Positions 21,210 to 24,855 of a DNA stretch of 24,855 nucleotides are shown piece by piece (within the stretch, counting starts at the first letter, position 1; each line of letters begins with the position of its first letter). The DNA lies in contig JAYQLI010000051.1 in assembly GCA_038143065.1 (NCBI GenBank), positions 1-24,855 of the forward strand. Reading direction: 5' to 3'. Source of the stretch: Rhodospirillales bacterium (GTDB taxonomy: Bacteria > Pseudomonadota > Alphaproteobacteria > Bin95). The notes beneath the pieces are model-generated. The model saw only the letters and a list, made by a program, of their open reading frames with translations. It was not told where the DNA came from and did not search any database. The translations under genes were made by a program, and so were the position numbers.

Positions 21210-21984
21210 ATGGATTTGGGACTGAAAGGGAAGAAGGCCATTATTTGCGCTTCATCACGCGGACTTGGCTTTGCGTGCGCCACGGCTTTGGCGCGAGAAG
21301 GGTCGGATGTAATCATTAACGGGCGCGATGTCGAGGCTCTAAAAGCGGCAGAAGCGGAGATTGCAGAGCTGCAAAGCGGCAGTGTCACCTCTGTCATTGG
21401 TGACCTCAATACGCAAACCGGCCGTGATGCAATTTTGCAGGCTTGCGAGGCGCCTGATATTCTTATCACCAATAATAATGGCCCACCGCCCGGCACTTAT
21501 GACCAATGGGATGAAGCCATGTGGCAGGAGGCTTTCGCCGCCAATATGATTGCCCCCGCACTGCTCATTCGCGCCGTCATTGACGGCATGCGTGCCCGCA
21601 AATTTGGCCGTATTGTCAATATCACTTCGGCCATGGTCAAATCCCCGCATCCCAATATGGGGCTTTCCACATCCGCCCGCTCGGCACTGACGGCGTTTTC
21701 CAAAGGGCTGTCGAAGTGGTCGCGAAGGATAATGTAACGATAAACAATATGCTGCCCGAACGTTTCGACACGCAGCGTCAGCAAAATAAATGGCCGAACT
21801 GGCGATGGCATTAAAAAATATAAATTACGAAGAGGCGCGCGTTGAAATGGAAGCGACCATCGCAGCCGGTCGTCGGCCGACCGATGAGTTTGGTGACGCG
21901 CATGTGCTTTATAGTGAATAGCCAGTTTTATTTCCGGCCAGAATTTACAGTTGGATGGCGGCTCTTTATGTCGGCCTGATTTAG
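21210..21984 (+). CDS. SDR family oxidoreductase (frameshifted 3' part)
   Basis: ASSRGLG, NNNGPPPG, GRIVNITS, NNMLPERFDT and C-terminal SGQNLQLDGG. Confidence 0.88.
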
Positions 21985-21994
21985 CGAGGAGAAA

Positions 21995-22400
21995 ATGGAT
22001 ACGAATTTGATTGCCATAATATTGGTCAGCGTGGTGGCCGTAATGATTATGATTGGACCCGATGGGTAGCCGATTTCAACCGAACGCATGCGACCAATCC
22101 GCTGTGGACGCCGCATGCACGCTTTCACGTTGTTTGGCAGGTTTTGACCAATTCGACTTTTGGCTTACTCACGCTTTACTTCATTTGGGGCGCAGGCCAT
22201 CTCATGCTCGGCGCGCTGATGAATTACATCTGGATTGCCACTTTTTTTGCGACACTCGCCGCCATGCCGATGTTTAGGGCGCGCTGGCCGATGAAAACGG
22301 CATTAAGCCGTTATCTGGAAAGTTCGGCGATAAGATGGTGAAAGTCGATACGAACCTTTCGCTATGGCTGTTGAATACAGCTGCATTGGTCATCAGTTAG
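21995..22400 (+). CDS. Small membrane protein, unknown function (frameshifted)
   Basis: GAGGAG RBS and hydrophobic fragments filling the gap between the SDR and FAH genes. Confidence 0.5.
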
Positions 22401-22405
22401 AGGCA

Positions 22406-23451
22406 ATGAAAATGGTTCTGCAAATTATCAGCCTTGCTTTCGGTGCTCTCATAATTGTTTTTGTAGCGCGCAGCTTTTACGTTTTGCAACCGCTTTTAAG
22501 GAGAAAATAAGGCAAGCTGACAATCCGCTTTCCCGCGGCTCCGGTTGAGCAAGCGCAGGTTTGCGCAGACGAAAAACGCGCAAGAGCCTGCTGGTGATGG
22601 CAATGAATCGCGAAGGCGTACGCCATTGACCTTGCCCGCAGCAACAGCGTCTCAAGGCAGCGAGCCGTTGGATTTTACGCGCTTTGGGCGATGAAAAATT
22701 GCGCGCGGTGATGAACAGCGACGCGACGACTTACAATTGGCGGGATCTGGATGTGCCGTTTGATTCGCAAAGCGGCATTATTGCGGCGGGGGTTAATTTT
22801 AAGGCCCATGCGGAAGAGACCGGCCTCGAAGACGGGCCGTTTCTGTTCCCGAAACTGTCAACGCCGAGCGCTTGGCAGGCGCCGGTCAAAAAACGCACAA
22901 GGCTCGATTATGAGGTCGAGCTCTGCGCTGTAGCCATTGAGGATATTGCGCTAGGCAAAAGCGGGCGCTTCGCTTTTGTGCTGTGTAATGATTTGACCGA
23001 CAGATGGGCGCTGTTGCGTCATATTAATCTTAAAAAGCCAATGGGGCGCACCGGTTTTCCTGAGGGCAAGGGCGGCGATGGCATGCTGCCAGTCGGTGCC
23101 ATTCTCATCGTGCCGCGCAAACCGGATTTTTACCAACAGATTGAATTGGGGCTGGCGGTCAATAATCGACTGCGCCAGCGCGACAGTGCCGGCATGATGA
23201 TTTGGGATGCGCCATCAATCGGGCAAAAAGCTCTAGCGCTTTGCGATAAAGATTTTTATCTGCATGGCGAGGTTATTAGGCTGGCAGAATGTGGCGGTTT
23301 AAAAAAAGGCACAGCCATATTGCTTGGCACACCAGAAGGCGTGGCCTTTCAAATGCCTAACATATGGATGCCGTGGGCTTACTTGCGCCAAGGTGATGCG
23401 GTAACGGCTTTCGCCTCGCATTTGGGTGTTTTGGAAACCCAAGTAGAATAA
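22406..23451 (+). CDS. Fumarylacetoacetate hydrolase family protein with hydrophobic N-terminus (5' frameshifts)
   Basis: GVNFKAHAEE, FLFPK, LDYEVEL, CNDLTDR, GKG and LGTPEGV. Confidence 0.88.
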
Positions 23452-23552
23452 TGAAACTTGCGCGCTGGGAGATATAACACAAGCCGTTCTAAAATGGCAC
23501 TTATGGTGTCATTATCATTGTATTTTCGATCAGGCCGCGTAAAATAGAGAAA

Positions 23553-24490
23553 ATGAAAATACGCAAAACCCCTGATCATTGTTTCGACAATCTGCCCGAT
23601 TATGATTTCGCGCCGAATTTTGTAACGCTTGACGATCAAGAAGGCGGCACATTGGATATGCATTATATCGAAGCCGGGCCGGCCGATGGTCAGCCCGTGG
23701 TGATGATACATGGCAATCCAACGTGGTCATTCATGTGGCGCAAACTCGTAAAACAGCTTGCCGCCGCCGGTTATCGCGCCATTGCTATTGATATGATCGG
23801 CATGGGACGGTCTGATAAGCCGACGCGGATGAAGGATTACACTGTTGCGCGGCATGAAAAATGGGTCAGCCAAGGCTTGTTCGATAAGCTCGATTTGCAC
23901 GGCGTGCATTTGGTGCTCCACGATTGGGGCGGCATAATTGGCCTGCGCGTTGCAGCCGACCATCAAGATCGTCTGGCCAGCATCACTTTTTCAAACACCG
24001 GATTACCGGTGCGCGATCCGGCGGATAAAATAGATGAGATGGCCATGCCGGGCTCGGGTTTTCTGCGCAAGTTTCAGCTCTATGTGCGCTTTAACCCGTT
24101 TTGGCGCCATTGGCATTTGTTGGCCAAAATCTGCACAAGCCAATTGACCAAACAGGTCGTTGCAGGCTATGCCGCGCCCTATCCCAATTTCCGTTATTTG
24201 ACCGGCAATCGCCAATTCACGCAAATGTTGCCGACGCGCTATGACAATCCGATGCTGGTCGATAATTTCCGCGCGCGGCAAAAACTGGCGGCCTTTGACA
24301 AACCGTTTCTCTGTCTTTTTTCGGACAAAGACATTGTCGCGCCGACCGGCCATCAATCCGTGCGCCCGTTTATCAAAAGTGCGGCCAAACGCGAGCCGGT
24401 GATTTTAAAAATGGCGGCCATTTTCTGGTGGAAGATTTGCATGATGAATATGCGTCCGCCTTATTGGGCTTTTTGCGCGAAATAGGTTAG
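23553..24490 (+). CDS. Haloalkane dehalogenase-family alpha/beta hydrolase (frameshift near 24410)
   Basis: KTPDHCFDNLPDY N-terminus, HGNPTWS, GMGRSDKP, HDWGG nucleophile, FSDKD, and in the shifted frame GGHFLVED...FLREIG-TAG. Confidence 0.88.
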
Positions 24491-24497
24491 GCGCGGC

Positions 24498-24855
24498 CTA
24501 AACCCAAACTTCACGATGGTTTCGGCGCTCGACGCGCCGGTCAGCGCGTGTGTGCATAATAGATGACAGGCCGGTCTCGCCAAGCAAGCCATCGACTTGT
24601 TTTTGCGCTGCTTCATCCAACCCGTCATAGGCGTTTTGAATGCGCTGTAGCATGAAAATGCGATAGGGCATGACAACGGCGGTGACCTGTTGGCCGCGCC
24701 ATTCAAACCGGCATTTGCCGATGCCACGGCCCAAGCTCTCACCGCCGACTACTTCATTTTTCGCCGGTTGGTTATCGGCCAGCCATTCATTGGTGAAAGA
24801 CACCATGGCCTCTATTTCCGGCAGATAATCGCTGGCCACACGCCGCAATAAAACC
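24498..24855 (-). CDS. Probable glutathione S-transferase family protein, C-terminal part (runs off the window)
   Basis: DYLPE...MPYRIFMLQRIQ...RRVERRNHREVW C-terminus recalled from a long GST-like family; no diagnostic N-terminal motif in the window. Confidence 0.55.
   Translation of the reverse strand, partial: VLLRRVASDYLPEIEAMVSFTNEWLADNQPAKNEVVGGESLGRGIGKCRFEWRGQQVTAVVMPYRIFMLQRIQNAYDGLDEAAQKQVDGLLGETGLSSIMHTRADRRVERRNHREVWV

Overview
Alphaproteobacterial-looking window (inferred from gene content and tRNA sequences; probably marine). Most genes carry frameshifts, often at homopolymers, so this looks like uncorrected long-read sequence; coordinates of frameshifted genes are approximate and they are not called pseudogenes on that basis. 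The left half (about 1.4-12.65 kb) is an integration hotspot. It has one intact tRNA-Arg(CCG) gene, two further copies of its 3' half and an orphan 3' part of tRNA-Leu(CAG). Each is flanked by paired short direct repeats that look like integrase arm-binding sites of three sequence types. It also has one near-complete tyrosine integrase and one integrase N-terminal remnant. Cargo: an Acg-family nitroreductase cassette, hsdM plus a half-length hsdS without hsdR, an abutting Sel1-repeat / GIY-YIG gene pair and two tandem EEP-family nucleases. A roughly 48-bp motif is shared by two different element ends. The right half (12.65-24.85 kb) is a catabolic region: orphan cox3/cox4-like genes, an FAD oxidoreductase, two TetR regulators, an MpaB-like protein, arylsulfatase, FAD monooxygenase, SDR, FAH-family protein, haloalkane dehalogenase and a partial GST. 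The most unusual signal is the att architecture: the 6-kb integrase-bearing element lies on the 5' side of the tRNA and appears to carry the tRNA's 5' half and promoter inside its own end.
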